Of a stretch of 64,000 nucleotides of DNA, positions 15,029 to 27,719 are shown in pieces (the first letter of the stretch is position 1; every line of letters begins with the position of its first letter). Source of the stretch: Eledone cirrhosa (Eukaryota); assembly GCA_964016885.1 (NCBI GenBank), contig OZ024742.1:135098001-135162000 (forward strand), written 5' to 3'. The notes under the pieces were generated by a model. The model saw nothing but the letters and a program-made list of their open reading frames with translations. It made no database searches and was not told the DNA's origin. The translations under genes were made by a program, and so were the position numbers.

Positions 15029-17444
15029 TGAGAGATACACATATGTATACATGTGCCTTGTTGTGTGTGTGTATGTCACTACTAAACATCACTCTATCTC
15101 TCTCTCGTTCGCTCTCATACACACACATATACCCGCACGCAAACGTATACATAAATATATTCCAAAAGCCACATATATGCTTATTTTCTCTCCATCCCTA
15201 CAGAAACACATCGACCTTACTCTCGGTGAGAGTTATGGATATGGTAGTGAGGTGGGAATATTATATATAACCCCTTTCTCACCCACGTTTACCACGCCTC
15301 TGTCATCTTTCTCTATCTTCAATAACATTTTAGAGTTGACAATGTGATGGTTTATGACGATGGTGGTTTATGTTGTGGCGATGTTAAGGTTAGAGTTAGA
15401 GACTGGGGATGATAAGAGCTGGTGCTAAAATTGCGGCCACACCCCAGTAATTTTTGATTGCTAGTGGAGATGATTGCAGAGGCAGTTTGCTTGTATGAAT
15501 ATGAATGTACTTGTATCCGGGAACTATTGGTGAAGGTGATATTCAGATAGGCCTTGAATGATTATATTGGAGTGGGTTAGTGAACTGTGCGTGAAGGAGG
15601 GACAAACTCACTGAAATATTTATATAACATTCCCTTCTCTGACTCTTCATATCATCATATTTTGTTGTTGTTGTGTCGCACTATCAACAATAAGACACCC
15701 AGCAATAGTAGCAGCACTATTACCGGCACTAAACTTGGAGGGAGGCTCTAAATACTAGAAGTAGCTACCAAATTCCCCTGAAACCAAACTTTTGTCTTCA
15801 TAAAACAATTTCATTAAATACTCACTTAATAGACAGCATAATGCCTTTGTTCATATTTGTTTGCTGAATCGGAGCTGAACTGGGGCTAAAAAATAGCAAC
15901 ACCATTGATTACCAACATACATGTATTGTCTAGCATCGTCTGTAAATATTGACTGCCACTCACCCTTCACCAAACATTACGAAACATTATTATAACTAAA
16001 GTATTTGACTACATGTTTACCCCTCCTACCAAAACATACAACATAATCAAACTTTTACATTTCTTTCTTTTATCACTGGCTATAATGTCAACTTTTACAC
16101 ATTCTCTTGGCCTGCTAAATATAGCAGCCAAACCTGCTTACAATACAAAACAATTCTCTTACAAATACGTCAGAGAGAAATACGTTATATCTGAAAATTG
16201 GATGATAACGGCTGTTAAACATTTCGCCGTAGAATCACTCACTTAGGGTTAACCAGGAATTAACAACAATGATTGAAGTCCCTTTGAACTCATTCAGCTC
16301 GAAGCTCTTTCAACTATGCAGTTACTGCTACGAACTATCAGTACAATCAACAAAGCAACAATAACAAGTTATTGTGAAAATCGTTTTGTTTTACTCGACT
16401 CCACAACATCATTCGGCCGTTTCAGAAACATTGTTCTCTTAGCAGCTTTTTCTACCCTCTCTGACAAACAATATCCTAGCATATCTCCCTGCCTATCTGA
16501 CCCGTCTGTCATTTGTCTCTTCTGTGAGTGGCTTCCGCTCGCATCAATTTATTGCGCAGTCTGCTGATGAAGCTTTCGCTGACTGGTAATCTATCAACTC
16601 AAGAGTTCCATTTTCTCTGTCGCAATCTACTTCCTATTAAACCCTGTTAACCGCTGATATACGCGCTGTCGCATTCAACAACGTTCAGTCCAACGCTGAT
16701 GAGACCCACTACTTTTTTTTTCTGCCAATACATTCTTTTTCCAAACTTCAACCTATAATTGTCAGCCTACCCTGCACAGTCTTTATGAATAGAATATTCG
16801 ACAATATGTGCCAATGCATTCATGACAATTTTTTTCTCCTTCAACAGCAGAAAATGGAATCATTAACAGATCACTAATGAAACCCTTAATATCCCTACCA
16901 ATGCTAATACTATCGCTGGGGAACTCACATCTATCAGCATATCTATATGTGGGTCACAAAGACAGACATTATTACACGGAAACTTAGCTCTCTATAATTC
17001 GTTCTTTTACAAGTATTTACTGCCTCTGTCAACTTATATATTTCCAAGATGGGTTGTGGCACATTGTCACATCTATAGTTTCGGAAACCTTGCAGAGGTC
17101 ATGTGCACAGGCCATTCCTCTAGACGAAACAAAACAAGACTTTGTAACCAGATAAAAGTAGCTTTAACATGCCTTAGCTCTGTCACCTTTTACTAATACA
17201 AGCACCATAAAGACATTTTCACCAATTACAAACTGCAACATCATTTAAAAAATAGCGTGATATGTATAAAAGCGTATATGAAAGTAAGTCATCATCATCT
17301 TATATGTACTATACATAAGGATGATATATAAGAGTTACATTGTATGGCATTCTCGAACCACTTCTGTGACAGTTGTTACATAATCATAGTTTACAATACC
17401 AGTAGTGAGACATATGGACGCTTATTATACATTAGCACATAAAG

Positions 17445-17630
17445 GGCGGTGGATTGGCAGTATATATAGAGGGTTGGACGCCATGCTCTGATGCATAGAG
17501 TTACGATCCTTGCCATTCTGAGTTCAAATCCCGCCGATGTAAACTTTGCCTTTCATCCTTACGGGGTCGATAAAAGAAAGTACCAGTAATGTACTGAGTA
17601 ACTGTGGCCTTGTGCCAAAAGTAGAAACAA
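17445..17630 (+). mobile_element. tRNA-derived SINE
   Basis: A-box-like TGGCAGTAT, B box GAGTTCAAATCC, body CCTTTCATCCTTACGGGGTCGATAAA. TSD ATACATTAGCACAT at 17427-17440 and 17633-17646. Confidence 0.9.
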
Positions 17631-17898
17631 TCATACATTAGCACATCGTATTTGCTACTCCACACACACATACACACACAGAGACATTCATATATATGCA
17701 TACCAGTTATCTAGAGAGAATGGAGGAGGAGTATTATCAGGATTCCTTAGCTTAATACTCAAAGTATCTGGCTAGTATCTGGAGGATGTGAGGTCTAATT
17801 GTTCATTGGGGCCGATGGCAACATCTTTATCGTTCTCTAAAGGTATTTAGCTCATTTTATAATTATCTTTTTAGGATTTCTGCACTTTTCGTGTCATC

Positions 17899-17943
<45 letters not shown>

Positions 17944-17947
<4 letters not shown>

Positions 17948-18130
17948 AACCAGTAAGACCCCGACAGCTGAGCTCAAGCCGTTTCGACGGGTAATTCGAA
18001 TTAGCCGTCGAAACGGCTTGAGCTCAGCTGTCGGGGTCTTACTGGTTCCTATTACCCACTCTACTACCTCAAGTATTGAGTACTTTGGTGCGTTATGGTC
18101 CACCTGGTTCCTTACCACATTTCCTTCGTT
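17944..18130 (+). mobile_element. Fold-back mini-PLE, family A
   Basis: Inverted arms 17944-17996 and 17999-18051, tail to 18130, (TA)n on both sides. Confidence 0.8.
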
Positions 18131-18149
18131 ATATATATATATATATATA

Positions 18150-18328
18150 TAGTTTTAATAAGATGGGATTCTACAGGACTAGAAGTGTCTCATTCTTTAG
18201 AAATCTAAAGAATGAAACAGTTCTAGTCCTGTAAAATCTCATCTTATTAACACGTTTATACTCTGCAATGTATTGAGTACCTTACTTACTGTCGTTACCT
18301 CCGATTCAACCCGGAATAACTTACCAAT
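18150..18328 (+). mobile_element. Fold-back mini-PLE, family B
   Basis: Inverted arms about 18150-18200 and 18204-18252 containing GAAACAGTTCTAGTC, then a tail to (TA)n. Homologous to 19924-20099. Confidence 0.8.
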
Positions 18329-18444
18329 ATATATATATATATATTATCAGTTGTTAAAAGCCGAAAATTCGACTTCGTACATTGTTTTTATATATATATA
18401 AACCTTACTCTTTCTATCGCAGTACTGTTATATGTATAGCCGGT

Positions 18445-18630
18445 AGTTGGTATTATTGGCAGTATCGGTAGAGGGTCGGACGCCATGCTTTCCAGCATAG
18501 TTACGTCCCTTTACGATCTGAGTTCAAATCCCGCCGAGGTTGACTTTGCCTTTCATCCTTACGGGGTCGATAAAATAAAGTACCAGTAATACACTGGATA
18601 ATTGCTGGCCTTGTGCCAAAAAGTAGAAAC
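18445..18630 (+). mobile_element. tRNA-derived SINE
   Basis: Same family as 17445. TSD-like GTTATATGTA(T/C)AGCCGGT on both sides. Confidence 0.9.
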
Positions 18631-18829
18631 AGTTATATGTACAGCCGGTGCACTTGGTCGCTGTCTTGGTGTCACACTCTATAAATGTTGTGTTCACTCT
18701 GGATCTCATATTTATTTTTATCTTTTGATCCATTCAGTTGTTTGTGATTACATCAAAAAAATCAAATAGTACTTGCTGTACAACAGCTAAACTTCGATTT
18801 ACAACTGCTATATATATATATATGTGTGT

Positions 18830-18895
<66 letters not shown>

Positions 18896-18944
18896 GAGTA
18901 TATGGAAAGTATATAGGTTAACTCTTGATATAGCAGGAAGAGTG

Positions 18945-18980
18945 TCTTAATGTTTCATAGTCTATTCCATCATCAGAAGA
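18945..18980 (-). ncRNA. Minimal hammerhead-like motif
   Basis: Minus strand TCTT-CTGATGA-tggaatagactat-GAAA-CATT-AAGA, lying between (TA)n tracts. Confidence 0.5.
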
Positions 18981-19069
18981 AAGAATGAGAAATAAAATAG
19001 ATTAAGGGGACGGGCGGAATGGAATTGGAAAAAATGTCTTTAGATAAAAAATAATATATATATATATAT

Positions 19070-19129
19070 CATTCTCGGTATGGTGAACTAACTGTTGTGT
19101 TACCACTTCTCTCCCTCTCTCTCACTATA

Positions 19130-19163
<34 letters not shown>

Positions 19164-19333
19164 AGTGATTACACCACAGTTAGTTCACCATACCGAGAAT
19201 AATTATTTCACCTTAGCGGATCTTCAGCTCGGATCCGCTAAGGTGAAACGATTATTCTCGGTATGGCGAACTAACTGTGGTGTTACCACTTCTACCTAAC
19301 TCGTCCGGTGGACTGAGTGCTCTACCACTACGG
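19070..19333. mobile_element. Triple (+,-,+) arrangement of mini-PLE family C
   Basis: ATTCTCGGTATGGYGAACTAACTGT occurs at 19071 (+), about 19175-19200 (-) and 19255 (+). Hammerhead 3' half GAAACGATT(A/G)TT. Another copy at 30155-30218 (-). Confidence 0.75.
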
Positions 19334-19379
<46 letters not shown>

Positions 19380-19380
19380 T

Positions 19381-19482
<102 letters not shown>

Positions 19483-19882
19483 ACAGTAAAAGAGGACGAA
19501 TTGCGAATGGTCTTTTAATGTTGCAAGATCATGTTTTGTATTTCTGGGAACTAGAGGATCATCGACTCAGGTTATGTCAGCCTTAGAAATACGTATCATA
19601 ATTTCAGAGCATTAAATAATGCGCAATACCTCATGATCAGATAATATTTCATGCGTCATACCCTAACGAAGTGAGCCTGTGGGTCATAGAAATACGTATC
19701 GCGTTTTTCAACATTTATACATGAGATTCGAGCTTCTAATTCCATTAAATATTTAACTCGAATGCTGCACTAACCACATCTGCGATGGATGACAGGCATA
19801 CATTTCAATTCATAGGATTATTCCACCACGGTCTGCTAATTGGAATGTCTAGATCTACCCATTAGTTAAACCATCCAACATA

Positions 19883-19923
<41 letters not shown>

Positions 19924-19924
<1 letters not shown>

Positions 19925-20099
19925 CGTTATTCCGGGTTGAATCGGAGGTAACCACAGTAAGTAAGGTACTCAATACATAGCAGAGTATAATAGTTTTAAT
20001 ATAGATGAGATTCTACAGGACTAGAACTGTTTCATTCCTGATGATTTCTAATGAATGAAACAGTTCTAGTCCTGTAGAATCTCATCTATATTAAAACTA
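19924..20099 (-). mobile_element. Fold-back mini-PLE, family B, with a full hammerhead core in the + arm
   Basis: Perfect arms 19991-20037 and 20053-20099. CTGATGA at 20038-20044, stem II tTTC-taat-GAAt, GAAA at 20057-20060, GTC ending at 20071. Confidence 0.8.
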
Positions 20100-20199
20100 T
20101 ATATATATATATATATATAAATAAACAATGAGTTAAAGACTTCATTGACATATAATCAACTGAGTTATGTTTATATATAGTTATATATATCTATATATT

Positions 20200-20645
20200 T
20201 CTCCCAGCATAGTTATGTTCCGTTATGGTCTGAGTTCAAATTCCACCGAGGGCGGTGAATTGACAGTATCGGTAGAATTGACAGTCGAACGCCATGCTAT
20301 ACAGTGTAGAGTTGCGGCCCTTTACGGCCTGAGCTGAAATTCCGCCGAGGTTAACTTTGCCTTTCATCCTTACGGGGTCGATAAAATAAAGTACCATTAA
20401 TGTATTGGGTAATTGCTGGCCTTGTGCCAAAAGTAGAAACAATTATTATTATTATTATTAGTGGATTGGCAGTATCAGTAGAGGGTCGATCGCCATGCTT
20501 TGCAACATAAAGTTATGGCCATTTAGGGTCTTTGTTCAAATCCCACCGGCTTTAAGTTTCCCTTTCATCGTTACGGGGTCTATGAAATAAAGCACCAGTC
20601 ATACATTGGAATAACTGTTGGCCTTTTGCGAAAAGTAGAAAAATT
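20200..20645 (+). mobile_element. Tandem cluster of tRNA-derived SINEs (one partial, two full)
   Basis: B-box fragment at 20232. Full copies at about 20251-20445 and 20460-20645, separated by an (ATT)n tail. Confidence 0.85.
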
Positions 20646-20657
20646 ATTATTAGTAAC

Positions 20658-20698
<41 letters not shown>

Positions 20699-20743
20699 TG
20701 CGTGTGTGTGTGTGAGAGAGAGTATGCCTGTTTATATATCAAC

Positions 20744-20792
<49 letters not shown>

Positions 20793-20915
20793 GGTAAATA
20801 TTGATGCAATTCAATTCAAGCACTCAACGTACTTTTTCCACATAGGAGTGACGGAGTAAATATCGAATAAGGAAAAGCGAAGTAGTTTCAGATGTTCAAG
20901 TCCTTTAATAATAAT

Positions 20916-20989
20916 GCTGTGATATATATTTCAATGACGACACTGGCCACACTGTTCTGTGTGCGAATGTCGTGTCATCATCAGACAGC
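20916..20989 (-). ncRNA. Type I hammerhead ribozyme
   Basis: GCTGT-CTGATGA-long stem II-GAAA-TATATA-TC-ACAGC. Confidence 0.85.
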
Positions 20990-22225
20990 TTGTTACATAA
21001 TAAGGTTATGTTTCCGAGGCAATCCAAATTGAATCGACATGGGATCGGAAGAATTGCGTGCTTTGGGGTTTTTCATCCGTTCCCTTGTGAGTACCAATCC
21101 ACCCCACCGGTCTGCGCAAACGCATGTCCGAAGGAAGTTGACCATTAGCCACCACAGATTTCAACGAAATTCGCTTAAGCAGTTCACCCTCTCAGCCAAA
21201 CAATGGCCAACCCATGCCTGTACTATATTTTACTGCTACCCATCACGACTGTGGCAGTCAGCCGAAGGCCAGAGGGGATGGGAGAGTGTTAGTTTTTACA
21301 GGTCCTAATACTATCTCTCACCAAGCGTTAACAGTACGACTGACCATCACCTCATAAGGGAAAATAAACTTAATTCTAGGTATCATGGTTTTACATTGGA
21401 AGTTAAGAGTGAGAGTTGGAAATAAAAATTAAAAATTAAAATACTAAATCAAATATAAGAAATTGTAAATTAAACAATTAAAAAATTAACAATTAGAAAT
21501 TAAAAAATTAAAAAATTTTCCAAGTGATAATTCGGATTGAGGTGAGTAAAAATATAGATTGAAGTGAGTAAATAATATGGAGAGAGATGTTTAAGTAATA
21601 AGTTCTGAGAGGGTTCTAGTGTCACAGTTACTCTATCCACATATTGAACGACAGTGCCGTACATTATAACGGAGGGCAAACTACAGGGTTCAAGGCATTA
21701 GTCAATCTGGTACACAGTCATAATTTCCATCACATGGAACACAATCAAAGAAAAACAGACATAAAGTACACAAAAGAAAAGAACAGAACCAATAGTGAAT
21801 AAATGCAAAAAAACAGAGTACATATATGCAAAATGATCCATATGATTATCCATCTGTCCATGTATAGATTGAATTGAGGGGGCTTCTGTTCAAATGCGAT
21901 TTGGTGCAGGAAAATAGGGGTTTATCTTATTTTTTGTTTCCGCGTATTTATCCTGCCGAAAGTTACTATTAGGTCCGTCCAGTGTCAGAGGTTTCTATCC
22001 CCATGGTAGAGGGAATTTCGGGGTAGCTCATGGTTGGTTCCTCTCTTCTCCACCATATCGGTTACATCGTAGAGCGCTCAACTAATTGGAGCTAAATTAT
22101 TAGGGTAAACATTGATGCAATTCAATTCAAGCACTCAAGGTACTTTTTCCACATAGGAGTGACGGAGTAAATATCGAATAAGGAAACCGAAGTAGTTTCA
22201 GATGTTCAAGTCCTTTAATAATAAT

Positions 22226-22299
22226 GCTGTGATATATATTTCAATGAAGACACTGGCCACACTGTTCTGTGTGAGAGTGTCGTATCATCATCAGACAGC
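22226..22299 (-). ncRNA. Type I hammerhead ribozyme
   Basis: Same motif as 20916-20989, offset by 1310 nt. Confidence 0.85.
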
Positions 22300-22651
22300 T
22301 TGTTACATAATAAGGTTATGTTTCCGACGCAATCCAAATTGAATCGACATGGGAACGGATGAATTGCGTGCTTTTGGGTTTTTCGTCCGTTCCCTTGTGA
22401 ATACCAATTCACCCCCACCGGTCTGCGCAAGCGCATGTCCGAAGGAAGTTGACCATTAGCCACCGCACATTTCAACGAAATTCGCTTAGTCAGTTCAGCC
22501 TCTCAGCCAAACAATGGCCCACCCATGCCTGTACTATATTTTACTGCTACCCATCACGGCTGTGGCAGTCAGCCGAAGGCCAGAGGGGATGTCCGTTCCC
22601 ATGTCGATTCAATTTGGATTGCCTCGGAAACATAACCTTATTATGTAACAA

Positions 22652-22725
22652 GCTGTCTGATGATGACACGACACTCGCACACAGAACAGTGTGGCCAGTG
22701 TCATCATTGAAATATATATCACAGC
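22652..22725 (+). ncRNA. Type I hammerhead ribozyme
   Basis: GCTGT 22652-56, CTGATGA 22657-63, stem II GACACT/AGTGTC + CACAC/GTGTG, GAAA 22709-12, TATATA, TC, ACAGC 22721-25. Confidence 0.88.
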
Positions 22726-22789
22726 ATTATTATTAAAGGACTTGAACATCTGAAACTACTTCGCTTTTCCTTATTCTCTCTCTATATAT

Positions 22790-23759
22790 ATATAGTAATA
22801 ATAATAAATTAGAAGACTAAAATCCAAAGACGGCCCGATAAGGATAAATATATATCAAATATATAAGAACCGTAGAGCAAATATTTATTAAAATAACAGA
22901 TTAAAGTTTAAGCAAAGAATCGCTGCATTCACCTTTAACGGGATCTTATGATACTAACAAAGTCAATCTGTAAACGCAGAACTGGATATTTCAAAAAACG
23001 TTGCAACCGGAGGAAGACAGGAAGACGATACTCTGGTTCGTGGAAACGTTCGCCGGCTAAGAACGGGAAAAAACGAATATAATATGTCATTAATAGGAGC
23101 GGTGAAAAACAATTACGCGCAAAGACAGAACCACGTTTATGGTATAAAAGAGGTCGTAGACTAATGTTCTCTTAGGTGGTGCATAGAGACGTTCTCTGGC
23201 AATGAACGAAAAAAACGAAGATAATACGTCATATGTGAAGCATGGAGAACAATAGCAGGCAAAGACAAATCCACGTAAATGGTATAGCAGAAGTCGTAGA
23301 CTAAATTCTAACTAGGAGACCAAATGAATCTCCGCTACAGAGTTAAGAAAAAAGTAAAGAAATACAATCCAGAAGTAATAGGAATGAATAAATACATACA
23401 CGCAAACAAAAACGTACATACACAAGCATACGCAAAAACTTACCATAGGTAAACAAAACCACGCACATATAAATATGTGTGTGTAAGCGTGTGTAAACTT
23501 TTATACCATAAACGTGGTTCTGTCTTTGCGCGTAATTGTTTTTCACCGCTCCTATTAATGACGTATTATATTCGTTTTTTCCCGTTCTTAGCCAGCGAAC
23601 GTTTCCACGAACCAAAGTATCGTCTTCCTGTCTTCCTCCGGTTGCAACGTTTTTTGAAAATATCCAGTTCTGCGTTTACAGATTGACTTTGTTAGTTTCA
23701 GAAGATCCGTTAAGGGTGAAAGCAGCGATTCTTTGCTTAAACTTTAATCTGTTATTTTA

Positions 23760-23765
<6 letters not shown>
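22790..23765. mobile_element. Inverted-repeat pLTR element, family J
   Basis: Arms about 22882-23150 and 23499-23765. The left side has an extra tail (22790-22880) and a diverged ~143-bp internal tandem duplication. (TA)n flanks. Confidence 0.8.
23694..23743 (+). ncRNA. Hammerhead-like motif with a CAGAAGA core
   Basis: AGTTT-CAGAAGA-tCC-gtta-aGGGt-GAAA-GCA..TGC-TT-AAACT. Confidence 0.65.
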
Positions 23766-23837
<72 letters not shown>

Positions 23838-24682
23838 CCCATGTACAACCACTTATTCTTTCTTCTCATGTTTTTTATACATATTTTCCTCAGCTGCGTT
23901 TGTCTGTTTTTCTCTTACTGCTTCCCCGTTCTCTCTGTTTCTCTCACCTTCTTTCGCCCCTCTGTCAGTTACACTTTCTCTCGACTAGCCTCTTTTTCGC
24001 ACTCCCACTCACTCACTCTTTGCTTCTTCCCTTCTCACTTCCTCTCGTTTGGCCTGTAGTGGGTTCTCTTCTTGCTCACATCTCACTCACGTCGGACGGT
24101 CTGTATGTCCTCCGCTCATGAAATCCACACAGCTTAAGCTGACCGGATACCTATGCGCTTGTTGTTTCCTATCTTTGCGTTGCTATCCTTCCTTGTTTGT
24201 TTACTGTCCCGCTCGCTTTACGCGATTTACTTGTCATAATAGCTTTATTTAGCTATTGCTCGCACCAACCGGAGTTATATGATTTTTAAAGCGATGAAAT
24301 ACCAATGAAGGATGGAAAATCACTGACGAAGGACTATTTTTATCATATGTAACCCATGTGCAACCACGCAGTATTCTTTCTTCTCATGTTTTGTTTATAT
24401 ATATATGTATATATATATATGTGTATATATGTAGTTAGAGAGTTACACCTGGCTTCTGTTTTTATTATTCAAACACATATATGTAAATGACTCTGTAACC
24501 CGGACGGATTTTCTTTGCGGAAACCGTAGGCGATGGTTACCCTCCATGAGAACTTCTGGTCACACTGCCGATTCTCCCCGCAACCATCTTTCCTAGGATA
24601 CATTGAGTTCTAACAACGTTATTACCACCACCACAACCTGGTTGACTCCAATATATGTATATGTAAATATATGAATACACGT

Positions 24683-24719
<37 letters not shown>

Positions 24720-24727
<8 letters not shown>

Positions 24728-25500
24728 CACAGACAAGTTGAGAAAACAACTGTACGTTTGACACACGTTGGTAATTAGCAAGTGCGAAGGGTGTATAGCA
24801 TCCGGAATTAATCCAATCTTTACGATCTACCCTCTGCATGGTTATATTATTCACAGAGTATATCTATATAAAAATAAAGCTGTTAATTGTACATTTAATT
24901 CAAGAACATATATTTCGCCAGACTACGTAAGAGCGTGCAGTGCATTGCCTTAAATCAACCTCATTAGTATCTATATAAATACATTTAAATTCACATTAAC
25001 AAGATATTACCTTCCGTTGTGAATCTTAGTTTTCCATATCAACTGGTGTAAATATGTCATGATGACCTAGCAATGACCTAAGGTTAAAGGAATATAACCA
25101 CGCTTAAAATATAATTTCGAGCAGTAATCAAATAAATTATGATAATCGAGAAAAATAATTAATAAAAAACTAAAAGATAAAAATTAAACGGAATGATAAG
25201 GTTTAGATAAAATTATAGATTATTAATGGAACTACGGATTACTATGCTAGAGACGAAGATGGTAAAGTATCGGACATTCGTGACAGCTAGACGAGAGGCA
25301 TTAGGAGAGATCAGAATTACTCTAGAAAATAATCCCTCAGAATTGTATTCAAGTCGTATCGAATTTCGGGTGGTAGAATCATTGAAAAATATCATGGTGG
25401 TTAGTAGAGATAACCTCATTTTTGGAGTTTATCAGACCGATATTTGATGTGACTATTGCTAGTGACCCTATCAAATATAGATCACAATTTTTCCTCCCTA
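24720..25500 (-). mobile_element. Eroded PLE 3' end (endonuclease C-terminus plus pLTR)
   Basis: Minus strand 25498-25385 reads GRKNCDLYLIGSLAIVTSNIGLINSKNEVISTNHH, matching the GxRxCxLC...LLNxRxE...CxH tail of the other copies. GAAATATATGTT motif near 24905-24916. Confidence 0.55.
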
Positions 25501-25919
25501 CAAGGTAAAGTTTCCGAGATTTAACGAAATCACATTGTAGGGGATTATTTTATATTTTTATGTATTAATAGTTAGAAAATAATTTTAACAATGAAACATT
25601 AATAGTAATGTTTTAGAATTTAAGCTCATACATAATTATGCACTGACCGGTGTGGATATATATATATACGTTAAGGAAAATATATTGTATGAAAATATAC
25701 ATATATATGCACATTCGCACGTGTACATACATGCGTACATATACAGATACATGCATATACTTGCATATATATAAGCATATACATCCACTCATCCATATAA
25801 ATATATAAGAATATATATTCATATAAACATATATATATATATATACTTACGCATACATACGTATAAACTTATACATATCGATGCACATAGATACACACAC
25901 AGCCATACGCACACGCGCA

Positions 25920-26021
<102 letters not shown>

Positions 26022-26025
26022 CTCA

Positions 26026-26063
26026 CCTTTTGAAAAGCAGAAGAACTGCGAAACCGGTAAAGG
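26026..26063 (+). ncRNA. Minimal type I hammerhead, U3:A8 variant
   Basis: CCTT-TTGAAAA-GCAG-aagaa-CTGC-GAAA-CCGG-TA-AAGG, in a ~115-bp unit between (TA)n tracts. Confidence 0.8.
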
Positions 26064-26204
26064 AACCAAATAAATATATATATTTTTTAAAAAAATAAGA
26101 CTTCAGTTGCATTTTCGATTTCATCCCTTTTTCTTTATATATATATATATATATAAATATTATAAAGAACGAGGAATCAGTGTTGCATCATATCACTTTT
26201 ATTA

Positions 26205-26289
26205 ACACATTACATATGTTTCTCCATCGATCAACTCGAGGCAAGATCTATTACAGATCTAACACGCCTCTGCAATCCTTCAGATATGT
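26205..26289 (-). ncRNA. Type I hammerhead-like motif with an extended stem II
   Basis: ACATAT-CTGAAGG(A)-..GAGGC..AGATCT-gtaat-AGATCT..GCCTC..-GAAA-CATATG-TA-ATGTGT. Confidence 0.6.
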
Positions 26290-26411
26290 TTTGTGGTCCC
26301 TACAAATATATACATATATATATATATATAATGAAAAATTGAACGGGAACAAAACAGAGAGGCAGTACAACAAATGTTTATTAATTTCACGCTCTTGAGA
26401 GTGGGGTGGTA

Positions 26412-26552
26412 TATATATATAAACGGAAAAAATGAAACGAAATTTAATTTCTCACTCTTAGTACGGCTGTTACTTAAATATAAGTGTGTATACGTACATA
26501 CATATATGTATACAGACGTACAGTAGTATGTATATATATATATACATACATG

Positions 26553-26586
<34 letters not shown>

Positions 26587-27052
26587 CGTATGGATTCACC
26601 GAACATTTATTATAATGTCGGTGTGTTTGTAAACAAACATCCCGAATTAAGCCGTACAGAGTCTAGAAACCATCGTTGCTCATTTGTTCAACACTGACAA
26701 AGGAACGCTGTACTAGTTTCAAGCTTATTAGCTATCGTTAATATGCATAAGGAAAGTATATACTTTCAGACGTTCAATCATCTGGCAGGAAGGTATACGT
26801 TGCTGACGATAGCTAATAAGCTTGAAGCTAGTACCGCGTTCCTTTGTCAGTGTTGAACAAATGAGCAACGATGGTTGCTAGACTCTGTACGGCTTAATTC
26901 AGGATGTTTGTTTACAAAGACACCGAACATTATAATAAATGTTCGGTGAACCCATACGTACATATATATATATATATGTGTGCATGTATGTATATATATA
27001 CATATTACTGTACGTCTGTATACATATACGTATGTACGTATACATACTTATA
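26412..27052. mobile_element. Fold-back pLTR element, family G, ~250-bp arms with a hammerhead at the inner ends
   Basis: Arms 26479-26738 and 26806-27052. The consensus of both arms is CGTTG-CTGACGA-tAGCT-aata-AGCTt-GAAA-CTAG-TA-CAGCG (26798-26838). Confidence 0.8.
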
Positions 27053-27245
27053 TATATATATAAATAAAATAAAATAACAGGAGGCTGGACTGGTGTAAAT
27101 CCTTTTAAACTTAACTCCGTATTCGCACCACCAACTACACAAACGAAGATGGGTGAACTGCACTGGGTTGAGTACTCTTCACAATATTACACCAGGATTG
27201 AATTTACGGAATGACCAGTTCTATCCAGTGGTGAACCAACAAACC

Positions 27246-27310
<65 letters not shown>

Positions 27311-27313
<3 letters not shown>

Positions 27314-27578
27314 GGAGTTGTATTTAATTTGTTGGAATTCCGACAAACATAAATGTTTATAACTGATATAGAGCACTCGACAAGTTACTTGATTAAATAT
27401 TCCAAGATAATAATAAATGGAAACTATATTTATAAAACCATATTTATTTTATTATATATATTTCAAGGGCGACCAAGCAAGGGCGAAAGCGCACTAAAAT
27501 TTGCTTGGTCGCCCTTTAAATATATATAATAAAATTAATATGGTTTTATAAATATAGTTTCCATTTATTATTATCTTT
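27311..27578. mobile_element. Fold-back mini-PLE, family E
   Basis: Arms about 27408-27480 and 27501-27575. Homologous to 44043-44480. (TA)n flanks. Confidence 0.8.
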
Positions 27579-27719
27579 ATATATATATATATATATAGTT
27601 TTAAACTTCTTCGCTACCACATCATGACGTATATCTGCATAGTATCAGTTAGAATATAATGTTGGGCTGCAATAGAAAAGTGTTACATACAGTTTATGTT
27701 CAGAATCCGAAATTGCCTC

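Larger units (their letters stand above)
20789..22776 (-). mobile_element. Non-coding PLE/retrozyme-like element: two 0.49-kb direct repeats plus one inverted partial repeat, each with a hammerhead
   Basis: Direct repeats 20789-21280 and 22100-22591. Inverted copy 22592-22776. Microsatellite flanks. No recognisable ORF inside. Confidence 0.85.

Noticed and set aside
16563-16710. CTGATGA motifs at about 16564 and 16696 as hammerheads
   Set aside because: No correctly placed GAAA, stem III or stem I.
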